A DNA stretch of 64,000 nt from a phage. The stretch lies in assembly GCA_012813795.1 (NCBI GenBank), contig GCA_012813795.1_4087.1; one strand, written 5' to 3'. Position 1 is the stretch's first letter, and the number at the start of each line of letters is the position of its first letter. The notes under the pieces are model-generated. The model saw only the letters and a program-made list of their open reading frames with translations, was not told the DNA's origin and did not search any database. Below, piece after piece: positions 43,401 through 52,869 of the stretch. Position numbers and translations under genes: made by a program.

Positions 43401-46400
43401 CCTAGTGGGTTGTGGGATGTTGGTAATGAGAAAGGTGATAGCTCAACTGGAACTATCTTATTTGGTGCACGTAAAGGCCAATATGACAAGTATAAACGTT
43501 TTGGTACACAACCATTCAAGATCACCAAAACAGGCAAGCAGACTGCTTCTGGTGTTGATATTTGCGTTATTGAGTACATTGCACCTGAAGTATTAGGTCT
43601 TGTTTATGGTAGTTTGAATCATCGTGCTGAACCTTGGACCTATGGTGACATGGGTGACATGGAATTCACATACATGAACACCTCAATGTTCGCATATGAT
43701 GAATTAATGTTGTTATTCAAAGCTAAACCTGCACAATTCACCAACTATTTCTGGAATACTCGAAATAATACATTAAAAACTGTATCTGGTAACGAACCAC
43801 AGTTTTTATATGGTGATACTCGTTTACGTTTGAACTTTAACAGTGATACAATAGTACATGGTGAGAATAGCACTCGTGTTATTGGTTATCAAATGATTGT
43901 TAGTAACTATTTGATGTATCAAAACAAAAACATCACTACTAAGTACGGTGAAGTTGTTCGTTCTTCTCATATTAATGTTGGTCATAAACTAGGTGGATTC
44001 ACTAAAGCTGACCAATTAACATTTACGTCAGAAGCAACTGGTCTAATTTCACAAGAAAACCAATCTATCGGGTTAGTTCGTTCTAATAATATTAGAAATG
44101 AGCAAATGAGTGCAATTAAAATTACTTGGACTGGTAGTGCTTACCAAATTGATGGTTATGATTTAGTTTCTGCAACATTCAATTATAAATTGCCTGTTAA
44201 AAACGGTCATAAAGTAACTTTGAAAGTTGATAATCGTAATGTTGTTCATTATAATGAGTGGAAAAATGATGCATCAATCCCTTACGGAACTTTGATGAAT
44301 ACATTCCAAGAAGTTTACACATTTATTTGTGGTTATGGTGAGTATCTCAAACAACATGGTTGGATTTTTGAAGAAGTTGATGAATCTGGTATCCAACAGG
44401 ACTGGAATACAATTGCAAAAGACTTTTTAATCTGGAGTCAACAACAATTGAGTACTGGTGAATTCATTTCATGTACTCCATCTGCAATTAAAGCCAAATT
44501 TGGTACAGATTTTGGTTCAGTACAGTCAATTACACAAAATAGTGGTGGTGTTTGGTCACTATTAGATGATTCAAACCAAGGTATCCGTCAATTTGAGATT
44601 GAAACATCTCGTATTGGTAATATATTCACGGTGAGAACTACTGAAGAATCAAATAAACGCATGGCACTTATTCGTTTAAGTATCAGTTCATATGAACATG
44701 CTGTTATTTTTGATGATCAGACTATTTTCGGTGACTATATCTACGAACCAACCTATGGTGCAGTTCAAGAATTGATTAAATTGTATGGATATATCACTGG
44801 TTCATGGTCTGGTCGCTTACAAGCTCCTGGATTTATCATCCTAGAAGCTGGAACATTACCATCATTTGAAACATTGGTATCAAATTTCCAACAGTATTAT
44901 GATAATGAAACTCCAGTTAGTGATGTTCAATTGAATGAACTATCAAATCACTTAATTGGTTATCAGTCTCGCGATTACTTACAACGTATGATCACCAACG
45001 AGCCTGGTAGAATTGATTTCTATAAAGGTTTCATCCACGATAAAGGTACTAACCAAGTACTAGAAAAAGTACTACGTGTATCTAAATCATATAATACTGA
45101 TGAGTATAAAGCATTACAAGAATGGGCATTCCGAGTTGGTTCTTATGGTAACATTGATGGGGTTAAAAATCTTCAATTTAAACTAATTAATAATGAGTTT
45201 AAACAACAACCACAAATGATTTCGTTTGACCGCTATGCTGATAAGGTAGAGTCAGAGAATGAGATCGTATATTATGGTGAAATTGGTGAAGATTCACGCT
45301 GGATTAGTCGTCCTAAAGGTAAATTCTCATTACCTATGCGTAGTGGAAGAAGTGAGAACATCCAATTACCTAATATTGGCCCAGTAACCTTAGATGAAAT
45401 TGATTATACCACATTGAATTATGAAACGGCTAATCAAGATCGCATTAGTTACACGAATAACTTTGGCAAAATACCAACATCTGTTTGGATGTTCCAAGAT
45501 ATTAATAACGAATGGAATATATATGATTTGGTAGACACTGGTATTACAATGGTTTCCATTACACCAATAGAGAATAGCGACCCATATGCTGAGCAATATT
45601 GTAAAGTACTATTGTCTGATGACATCCCACTAATGGATGGTGATTATTACTATTTCGTTGATGAAACAAACTTTATGCCTGACGCACTACGTGAAGAAGG
45701 TCAATATTACACTTCTGGACTAAATCCAAAAGTTATGGTTGTGCCATTTGACACTTCTATCACTATTGACTTCTCAACTGTAGAATCAGCACCACGTTTG
45801 TATCGTTATGTTAGTAGATTCAGCACTCAACAAGAACGTGATGATTATATTGCTAAAAAATACAGTTACAGTGCACCTGAAAGTACTTTGTTTGACCGTC
45901 CTACTACGTATGATGAAAGAACAAACATCACTGCATTGTATTTGAATGTGTTTGACCCAATCAATGGTGTTATTCCTGGTGTAGCAATGCAAGATGTTGA
46001 TTTCATCTCCCCTGTTGATCCAGCACAATATAGCAGTAATGGTGAACTATTACAAGCATGGGGTGCTGAAAAGGTAGGTAAGGTATGGTGGAACACTAGT
46101 ACTGCATTCTATCTGGATTATACCCGTCCAATCTTTGATGAGGATGGAAACGTTGATGTAAAAGCAACTAATGAATATAAGCGTTATAATTGGGGTAAAT
46201 TATTACCACACAGTGTTATTGATGTTCTAGAATGGGTTAGTTCACCAGTAGAACCATACAACTGGGAAAAATATTGTGCAGAACAAGCCAATAAAAATAA
46301 AAACAACACCATGTATCTCCCAAGTGGGGTTGCGATGGATGATAACTATAGTTCATCTATGGAATATGATCCAATCACCGATACATATGTAGTTCGTTAT

Positions 46401-49400
46401 TATTTCTGGGTTCGTAATACAATTTATGTTCCACCAATGACTACTCGTAGTAAGTCTTGTACTGATATTGCACGTATTATTCAAGATCCAACACAATTGA
46501 ATGTTCCTTGGTTTGCACCTATTAACGAAAATAGTTTCATTCTAAGTAATATGCAATTTGAAGTTAATGATGATACAAGCATTTTGACAATTTCATATAG
46601 AAATGACAATATTGAAGTCCTGAAGCATGACCAATATCAACTTTGTAAAGAAGGTGATAGTTATGACTTTAACCCAGATATTTGGAATTCTCTATGGAAC
46701 TCACTAATTGGTCAAGAAACTACTTCAACTGGTGTTGTAAATGAAATAGTTTATCCTAAAGTTGAAACTGGTTTGGGTTCTAATAAAACTTGGTTCCAGA
46801 ATGTTATTGAAGCTCGTCGTGCGTTTGTTGAGAGTGCTAATAACTTTTACCGTTCACATAACATCACAACTAACAGTGTTGTTATGAATGATGTCTTTAA
46901 TGTTAAAACATTAAAAATGAACCCGAATGATATTACATTCCGTGTTCTATCATTTAACAATGAATTGGTAATTGCACCAGAAGACAACCGCTTCAAAGAG
47001 AATGATGCAGTATTTGTAAGTTCCATTGGAACATTACCAGCACCATTATCTTCAAGTTCTGTATATTTTGTTCACATTGATCCAAATGGATACATTCAAT
47101 TGATGAACAGTCCAAGCACAGTTGGTAGTACTGTCACAATCACTCTAGAAAATAGAGGCGAAGGTCAACACAAGATGATTAAACAAGCTGACTTCATTGA
47201 ATCACTTGGTACATCGTTGGATATGACACAGTACTGGAATCTAGCTGATTGGTACGATACTGGATACGATAGTAACACTGAATATACACAAGAAGTTAGT
47301 TTAGATGACGCAAACACTAAAAATTACCAAATTGGTGATATTATCCGTGTAACTGATAGTGATGGCGTTTGGACATTATACATCAAGACTGCATCTCGCA
47401 ATAATGTATACTGGAGAGCTATTGGACGTGAGAATAGTACTGTTGAATTGAATTCAATGTTATATTCTAGTTACAATGTTTATAATGATGATGGTTCTTT
47501 GAATTCTCATGAGGTTAACGTTCGTAATGCGTTAGCGTTGTTGAAAAATTCATTCGATTTATATCAAAGTAATATTGTATTTGATATGGTTAAGTACGTG
47601 CACACTGAACAAAGTGTTGTTGATTGGGTATTCAAAACCTCCTATATCTATATCGTAGGTTTGGAGCAATCACTAGTACAGAACTACTCAAATGACAACT
47701 TGATTAATCAAATTGTTGAGTACTTCGAGGAAGTTAAACCATACAGAACCAAAATCCGTTCTCAAATCGAACAGAAAACTTCTGATGATGATTTGATTAA
47801 TGGTATTAGTAATGACCTTGACCCAGATGGCTATATTTTAGTTGATGGTGTGTGGGTTAAGACTGAAAAAGACATTTGGGATTTAGAATATGCACAATTC
47901 AATGATGTAACTCAACGTTGGGAAAAGATTGGTTCACTACCAAGTGACTTTATCACACCTAATAGACGATTCCAAGAAATAGACGTTATTATGCATTATG
48001 ATAATATTCAATGTGAACAGTATGATAGTAATTATACAATTGATGAGTTGAAATCAACCAATAGTAAGTATCAATCCAACGAGGCTGATGTAGGTAATAA
48101 TTATGAATTACAGAGATATGTTTATACATTCCCTGAATATGATAATAATACCTTAATTTCACAAATTGGTATTGAAATGACTACCAAATATTCAGATTTG
48201 GATATTAGTAATGGTGTTATTAAAGGAATTGATGCATGGTATAAAGCACATTCAACTGATATCGCATCAACTGACCAATTTACTACTGATTTGGAGCAGG
48301 TAACTGCTGATACAAACAATAGTAATATTTTAGAAGATGTTAAAAAATATATTCAATATAATACATTAGCAACTCGTGTGAAAATGTTTAATAATATATC
48401 TGATGATATGGTTTCTAATGAGATTGGTTGTCCGTTTAAGGGTACAAACTATAATGATAATCCTAATACTCGCCTCCCATTCGGGTTTAGTGCAAGTAGT
48501 GATTATAACTATGGTTATTTTGAGATTAGTATTGAACTATATGAAAAATATGTCGATATGATCAAGAAAAATCACCCAGAGTTTACAAACGAAGACCAAA
48601 TTCGTAACATTCTTGAAATAGAATATGGTGTTTATTGCTACAAGTATGATACCACATTAAATGACCGTTATTATTCTGATACCGTTCATGTTTTATCTGC
48701 TATGCGACAAACATTTAATAAGAATATTCTAGATCATTATTATGTTGCTAGAGAAATCTTAAGTAATCGTTCAGTTGAGAAGTATGCTTTTGTTATGATG
48801 CCAAGAAAGTATGTGTATGTTGTGAATGCGGCGGGTGAATATCTACCGATTCCTGAAAGTTACAGCATATCTGATTTCATGGAAGACTTGTTCATAACAA
48901 CCGGAGAATCAGTTGTATTGGCTGAAATTGATTTAAATGATTTACCACAAGACCAGAATAATCCTATGTATTCTGCATACATTGAAGTACTGGAAAGTAT
49001 TAATACCGCGAAATATTTCAATGATATGAACGCATTCGATAACTTGGCATTGGAATCACAAACCAAGTCCATTAAATGGGAAGTTAAAGATAGTGAGATT
49101 GATCCTTATATCATCGACATTTCTGAACTAAACCCATCAGGAAGAACAATGGCACAATTGCGTTTCACTGTTGATGGTTATGGTTTCGATGAAGTTGCTC
49201 AAGAGCAATTAAAAGACACGAGTAGATTCCAAATTGAGGGTATGATCGTACAGAACCCTTACAATATGTCAGAAGCAATTGTAAGTATTCCATCATATGA
49301 TATTGTCATCGAGAATATGGGTAAAGATGTGTTTAAAGATTCAGAAAAATACTTCTTCCCAATTTCAGAAATTAAAACAATTACTGAAATCAAGGTTCAT

Positions 49401-50438
49401 GATGAAGGATTGAAAAATGGTGATAAGGTTGTGATTTTCACACCAGATGGTGAAGATTATGTACGATTCCAAGATGGTGAATGGGTAACTATACTAAGTG
49501 CTAGTAAAATCCAAACCTCCAAAAAACCAAAACTGTACACTGTGCGTGTATTGGGTAACGGAAACGTTGAGTTGGTTGATGGTAACGGTGTTGCATTGAT
49601 GTTTGATAGTGTAACTAAGCGTGAAAGTAATGAGCGTTTTTATACATTATCAATGAACTTAGTTAGAATCCGCACTTTCCAAGACCCTGAGTTTGATGAC
49701 AATGGCCTTAAACTATATGAAAATAATCGTCATTATAGTATACATGCATTGAACTATGAAGTATTCTATGACGAAACATTATATGGTGGTAAATTCAATG
49801 ATGGTATCACATCTGATGAGATTGATTTGTGGTTAGTTTCCAATGAGATTTTTGAAGTTGATGGTATTACAATTGATAATGGTTATAATCAACCAATCAC
49901 TGGTAAAGGTGTTCTAGGTGAACTAGTACGAGCTAAAATGACTGATGGTATTGAAATCACTGTATTTGAATACGATGTTGATGTTATTCAACCAGTACTA
50001 AGTTATGATCGCGTGTGGCAGTATGCACAACCAGTGGTCAATAACACGTTCATCAAAGAGGTAGGATGTAATGTTATTAACATTACAACTGTTGAAGATG
50101 AGGCAATCACTTATGTTGCTAAACCTCGTTCAATAAGCCCATATATCATTACTGATTCAGTACTGTCAGGTGCTGCGGCACAGAATGATGATATTATTGT
50201 GGTTGGATATGAGAAGGTTCAGGTAAGAAATACTGATCGTCTATTACGTGGTGTCATGTATAGTGCGGAGCATAATTTCACAAAAGGAACTTCTTATAGC
50301 TTCAATGGATTGAACTTAGGAAGCATTGATAAGTTTACTCAATATCAAAACTTCTATCCACCAATTCCATTAGAGACATTCAGAAATGGATTGTCAATTA
50401 CTGGAACCGATATCGAAAAACTTTTGAATATTCAATAA
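40461..50438 (+). CDS. giant virion structural protein (about 3325 aa) at the gp7 position
   Basis: single uninterrupted frame; GGAG RBS before the ATG at 40461 (first in-frame ATG at 40431 lacks an RBS); terminators on both sides. Confidence 0.8.
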   Translation: MTNNFKFLPTKTAEAVQQKLFIKRLPEWMQGLEDIQKVSDDVIQQWFNPADNEIVDGYIGDMGSPAASAKIFLDESTVERQLYQLSTAYVSRNDDTSIRSLQFYDDLVGYMEHYGTLTSNESRLFSGKFYSWTPPINPNKMTNYSSYLWDSKNSFGITSPDFIVMERGADNGNTWSLQNFWYTIGQTLEDGTVLTADMTQDTRFIRAQAPIIEYNKNIELINYGTNFRGIVDLFSDTVKPEDIVQKDVNDGIRIDGIIPQDGMRILFTSIGNVGENNRIYKVFIKKMQDGSRTYGLALDPDEESEERPSGEPHNGDVILVRDGNVYKNTSMYWNGVDWVRAQTKSGINVFPQFQLYDRDGFKLNDTTMYPSSNFVGSSLFGFKINYNYGTDKVYGYNIELGNYNYYMYENFLQSVRYTYDHLGVETEISGLYYYNVVGKDNELHLKTDWVRSKEDSKQFVKQTPQIEHTDMYRVFNTVFEMENFKTPLEGMYAYVIEVDRTYQYYKEERQTYMDWHVISGEGIQSERFNRTFELAQKIIDGKSTEIIEIQVDGVDVTDYTRHVYNNKVQSITLGEDVTLKDESVIQIRTYSSTEVPNKELGAYEIPINLQNNPYNDNILYINQSNFTLHFKDIIQKNITSGSVDDFNDYEERLSKGLVDNSVGTKIIQNEASMLPLMAHSANEDIDLFESVLFMQSEYFRFVNKFNTQMIRLYNENPANFLANNASNIVDEILTIINMGHDNTFPFYYDNVASTSGFIRAFVPPTPQFLGILKAHVPEKATFLNAGSKQSCYNISHTGAITKAYRVINGVDKMDDVIYELENRIFNSIDVIFKDEDYQPKLDASDLFPTPYFRDTEYNDEEKKNLLLRGYINFIATNGISNSSHDYDPNNWMTWNYTGTYYIVNGQQTQIPARGSWRAIYTDQFGTYRPATHPWEMFGFSQRPVWWNQEYEPTAVQVGERDSDVVYVYEALVLNEQGNMVPSGLWDVGNEKGDSSTGTILFGARKGQYDKYKRFGTQPFKITKTGKQTASGVDICVIEYIAPEVLGLVYGSLNHRAEPWTYGDMGDMEFTYMNTSMFAYDELMLLFKAKPAQFTNYFWNTRNNTLKTVSGNEPQFLYGDTRLRLNFNSDTIVHGENSTRVIGYQMIVSNYLMYQNKNITTKYGEVVRSSHINVGHKLGGFTKADQLTFTSEATGLISQENQSIGLVRSNNIRNEQMSAIKITWTGSAYQIDGYDLVSATFNYKLPVKNGHKVTLKVDNRNVVHYNEWKNDASIPYGTLMNTFQEVYTFICGYGEYLKQHGWIFEEVDESGIQQDWNTIAKDFLIWSQQQLSTGEFISCTPSAIKAKFGTDFGSVQSITQNSGGVWSLLDDSNQGIRQFEIETSRIGNIFTVRTTEESNKRMALIRLSISSYEHAVIFDDQTIFGDYIYEPTYGAVQELIKLYGYITGSWSGRLQAPGFIILEAGTLPSFETLVSNFQQYYDNETPVSDVQLNELSNHLIGYQSRDYLQRMITNEPGRIDFYKGFIHDKGTNQVLEKVLRVSKSYNTDEYKALQEWAFRVGSYGNIDGVKNLQFKLINNEFKQQPQMISFDRYADKVESENEIVYYGEIGEDSRWISRPKGKFSLPMRSGRSENIQLPNIGPVTLDEIDYTTLNYETANQDRISYTNNFGKIPTSVWMFQDINNEWNIYDLVDTGITMVSITPIENSDPYAEQYCKVLLSDDIPLMDGDYYYFVDETNFMPDALREEGQYYTSGLNPKVMVVPFDTSITIDFSTVESAPRLYRYVSRFSTQQERDDYIAKKYSYSAPESTLFDRPTTYDERTNITALYLNVFDPINGVIPGVAMQDVDFISPVDPAQYSSNGELLQAWGAEKVGKVWWNTSTAFYLDYTRPIFDEDGNVDVKATNEYKRYNWGKLLPHSVIDVLEWVSSPVEPYNWEKYCAEQANKNKNNTMYLPSGVAMDDNYSSSMEYDPITDTYVVRYYFWVRNTIYVPPMTTRSKSCTDIARIIQDPTQLNVPWFAPINENSFILSNMQFEVNDDTSILTISYRNDNIEVLKHDQYQLCKEGDSYDFNPDIWNSLWNSLIGQETTSTGVVNEIVYPKVETGLGSNKTWFQNVIEARRAFVESANNFYRSHNITTNSVVMNDVFNVKTLKMNPNDITFRVLSFNNELVIAPEDNRFKENDAVFVSSIGTLPAPLSSSSVYFVHIDPNGYIQLMNSPSTVGSTVTITLENRGEGQHKMIKQADFIESLGTSLDMTQYWNLADWYDTGYDSNTEYTQEVSLDDANTKNYQIGDIIRVTDSDGVWTLYIKTASRNNVYWRAIGRENSTVELNSMLYSSYNVYNDDGSLNSHEVNVRNALALLKNSFDLYQSNIVFDMVKYVHTEQSVVDWVFKTSYIYIVGLEQSLVQNYSNDNLINQIVEYFEEVKPYRTKIRSQIEQKTSDDDLINGISNDLDPDGYILVDGVWVKTEKDIWDLEYAQFNDVTQRWEKIGSLPSDFITPNRRFQEIDVIMHYDNIQCEQYDSNYTIDELKSTNSKYQSNEADVGNNYELQRYVYTFPEYDNNTLISQIGIEMTTKYSDLDISNGVIKGIDAWYKAHSTDIASTDQFTTDLEQVTADTNNSNILEDVKKYIQYNTLATRVKMFNNISDDMVSNEIGCPFKGTNYNDNPNTRLPFGFSASSDYNYGYFEISIELYEKYVDMIKKNHPEFTNEDQIRNILEIEYGVYCYKYDTTLNDRYYSDTVHVLSAMRQTFNKNILDHYYVAREILSNRSVEKYAFVMMPRKYVYVVNAAGEYLPIPESYSISDFMEDLFITTGESVVLAEIDLNDLPQDQNNPMYSAYIEVLESINTAKYFNDMNAFDNLALESQTKSIKWEVKDSEIDPYIIDISELNPSGRTMAQLRFTVDGYGFDEVAQEQLKDTSRFQIEGMIVQNPYNMSEAIVSIPSYDIVIENMGKDVFKDSEKYFFPISEIKTITEIKVHDEGLKNGDKVVIFTPDGEDYVRFQDGEWVTILSASKIQTSKKPKLYTVRVLGNGNVELVDGNGVALMFDSVTKRESNERFYTLSMNLVRIRTFQDPEFDDNGLKLYENNRHYSIHALNYEVFYDETLYGGKFNDGITSDEIDLWLVSNEIFEVDGITIDNGYNQPITGKGVLGELVRAKMTDGIEITVFEYDVDVIQPVLSYDRVWQYAQPVVNNTFIKEVGCNVINITTVEDEAITYVAKPRSISPYIITDSVLSGAAAQNDDIIVVGYEKVQVRNTDRLLRGVMYSAEHNFTKGTSYSFNGLNLGSIDKFTQYQNFYPPIPLETFRNGLSITGTDIEKLLNIQ

Positions 50439-50439
50439 C

Positions 50440-50475
50440 AAAAAAGGAGAGCCAATGGCTCTCCTTTTCTTTTTC
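50440..50475. terminator. bidirectional terminator between the giant gene and clpA
   Basis: AAAAA-GGAGAGCC-aat-GGCTCTCC-TTTTCTTTTTCTT. Confidence 0.75.
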
Positions 50476-52761
50476 TTACACTACAGATGGGGTTTTAACT
50501 TGACGCTTTGGTTTGATAGCCAATTTGCCGTTAATTACATCAAATGTTACGTTTCCACCATTTACCAGAGAACCACACAGCATTTCTTTAGCCAGAGGAA
50601 CACGGATATTTTGTTCAATGGTACGTTTCATTGGACGTGCACCCATTCCAGGCTGAACACCATTTGCTTCTAACCATTCACGGGCCGCTTTAGTAATAGT
50701 TACTTTCACGCCACGTTCTTTGATTTGTTCATTTAGACCAGCCATGAACTTATCGATAACACTTTGGATAGCTTCACTAGATAGCTCATTGAACTTCACG
50801 ATACTATCGATACGGTTTAGGAATTCAGGTGGTAGGAAAGCTTTCACTGCTTTCTCTTGTGCAGTTTCACCACCACTTAAACCCAGACTGCGTTTGTTTG
50901 CATCTGCTGCACCTAGGTTGGTAGTCATAATAACTGTTACGTTGTTAAAGTAAACAGTTTTACCTTGAGAACCAGTTAGATGACCTTCATCCAGAACCTG
51001 TAGGAAGGTTAGCAGTACTTTAGGGTGAGCTTTCTCAATTTCGTCCAGAAGTAGGACAGCATTTGGGAATTGCTCAATCTTATCCAACAGTAGACCATTA
51101 CCAGTGTCATGACCAACATAACCTGGAGGTGAACCAATTAGTTTTGCAACGGTATGTTCTTGTGAAAATTCAGACATATCGAAGCGAATCAGTTCAGACC
51201 CCATTGCATCTGCTAGTGCTTTGGTAATTTCAGTTTTACCAGTACCAGATGGACCGACAAACATGAATGCACCTTGAACACTTGCTTTCTCACGCAGACC
51301 TGCACGGGCAACCATTACGTTATCTACCAATTTCTCAACTGCTTCTTCTTGACCGAATACACGGCTACGAAGTGCTGCTGGTAGTGACTTCATGCGTTCA
51401 GTTTCAGTACATGCCACTACGTTGATATCCAAGTTTGCAATTCCAGAAACAACTTCTTGAATTGTGCGTAGTGAAATTACGTTATCAGAATCATCACGTG
51501 AACGTTTCTTAGCTGCTGCTGCATCCATCAGGTCGATTGCTTTGTCTGGGAAGTGCTTGTTCTTCAGGAACTTATCACTCAAAGACACAATCGCATCCAT
51601 TGCTTCAGCACTGAAAGTTACGTTATGGAATTTCTCATAAGTACCTTGTAGACCATTTACAATCGCACGAGTTTCTTCAATTGTTGGCTCAACTACGTCA
51701 ATTTTCATGAAACGACGAGTTAGTGCACTATCTTTCTCGATATTTTTACGGTATTCATCGTAAGTAGTTGCACCGATTACACGAATCTCACCACGAGATA
51801 GTGCTGGTTTCAACATATTACTCATGTCCATTGAGCCGTTGCTTGCAGAACCTGCACCAACCATGATATGGATTTCATCGATGAACACGATTGTATTTTC
51901 ACGCTTCTTCAGTTCTTTGAGAAGATTATCAATACGCTCTTCGAATTCACCACGGTACTTAGTTCCAGCAGTTAGTGCACCAACGTTGAGAGACAAAATC
52001 TCAATGTTTTGTAGATGTTCTGGTACATTACCATCAACGATTGCTTGTGCTAAACCATCAACAATCTGAGTTTTACCAACACCAGCTTCACCAGTAAGAA
52101 TAGCATTCTTTTTAGTTTTACGTGCTAATGTTTCAATCAGTGCGTCCAGTTCTTTTTGACGCCCAATCATTGGGTCCAGTTTGCCATCTTTAGCCAACTG
52201 TGTTAGGTTGGTCGTGTAATCTTCAATTGATTTCTGTTTTGATGCAGGTTGTTGTTGAGCCACCTTTTTCTCCCCAGTAGGTTCATCAGCGATGCTTTGT
52301 AGGTTAATTTCAGAATCAAGAGATTCTACATATTTCTGAAGAGTACGGGCCGCTTCAGTGCGAGTTACACCCTCTTCCAACAATGCTGCTTCTAATGCAG
52401 TGTTTGGGAATGACAAACATTCAAACAGTACAAAGAATGCATCAATTGAGAAATCGTCACGTTTGAGTTGTTCGATGACAGATTTCTTAGATAGTTCTTG
52501 CATTACACGATTGACGATTAGTGTAGTGCGATTAACTTCTTCCCCCATAGTGCTGCGTGGTGCGTGTGGAACATTGGTATTTTTCAGATATTCAATCAAG
52601 CGATCACGCACTTTCGTTGCGTCAACGTTCATTGTCCCAAATACATCAATAATGCTATCCACTGTCAGCACTGTAGCACTGATGTGATCGATTGTCAAGA
52701 AAGTATGACCCATAGAGGTTGCAAGGTCGTCGCTGCTTTTGAATAGCTGTGTTAAATTCAT
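50476..52761 (-). CDS. clpA: ClpA-type AAA+ unfoldase (Clp N-domain plus two AAA modules)
   Basis: Walker A GEAGVGKT and GPSGTGKTE; Walker B IVFIDEIH and LLLDEIEKAH; LTAGTKYRGEFEER; GSPPGYVGH; IGL-like loop SLGL; GGAGAG RBS. Confidence 0.9.
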   Translation of the reverse strand: MNLTQLFKSSDDLATSMGHTFLTIDHISATVLTVDSIIDVFGTMNVDATKVRDRLIEYLKNTNVPHAPRSTMGEEVNRTTLIVNRVMQELSKKSVIEQLKRDDFSIDAFFVLFECLSFPNTALEAALLEEGVTRTEAARTLQKYVESLDSEINLQSIADEPTGEKKVAQQQPASKQKSIEDYTTNLTQLAKDGKLDPMIGRQKELDALIETLARKTKKNAILTGEAGVGKTQIVDGLAQAIVDGNVPEHLQNIEILSLNVGALTAGTKYRGEFEERIDNLLKELKKRENTIVFIDEIHIMVGAGSASNGSMDMSNMLKPALSRGEIRVIGATTYDEYRKNIEKDSALTRRFMKIDVVEPTIEETRAIVNGLQGTYEKFHNVTFSAEAMDAIVSLSDKFLKNKHFPDKAIDLMDAAAAKKRSRDDSDNVISLRTIQEVVSGIANLDINVVACTETERMKSLPAALRSRVFGQEEAVEKLVDNVMVARAGLREKASVQGAFMFVGPSGTGKTEITKALADAMGSELIRFDMSEFSQEHTVAKLIGSPPGYVGHDTGNGLLLDKIEQFPNAVLLLDEIEKAHPKVLLTFLQVLDEGHLTGSQGKTVYFNNVTVIMTTNLGAADANKRSLGLSGGETAQEKAVKAFLPPEFLNRIDSIVKFNELSSEAIQSVIDKFMAGLNEQIKERGVKVTITKAAREWLEANGVQPGMGARPMKRTIEQNIRVPLAKEMLCGSLVNGGNVTFDVINGKLAIKPKRQVKTPSVV

Positions 52762-52869
52762 GTTCTCTCCTATGTGATTCTTCTCACTGTCATTAAAATC
52801 ATTATATCACATTCTTTCAGTTTGTCTACCTAGTAAATACAGATATACCGATTTATTTTGGAGAACAAA

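Noticed and set aside
40615-49072. Short ORFs on both strands inside the giant gene (for example 43165..43596, 45786..46028, 48860..49072)
   Set aside because: They are embedded in one continuous 10-kb frame with consistent codon usage
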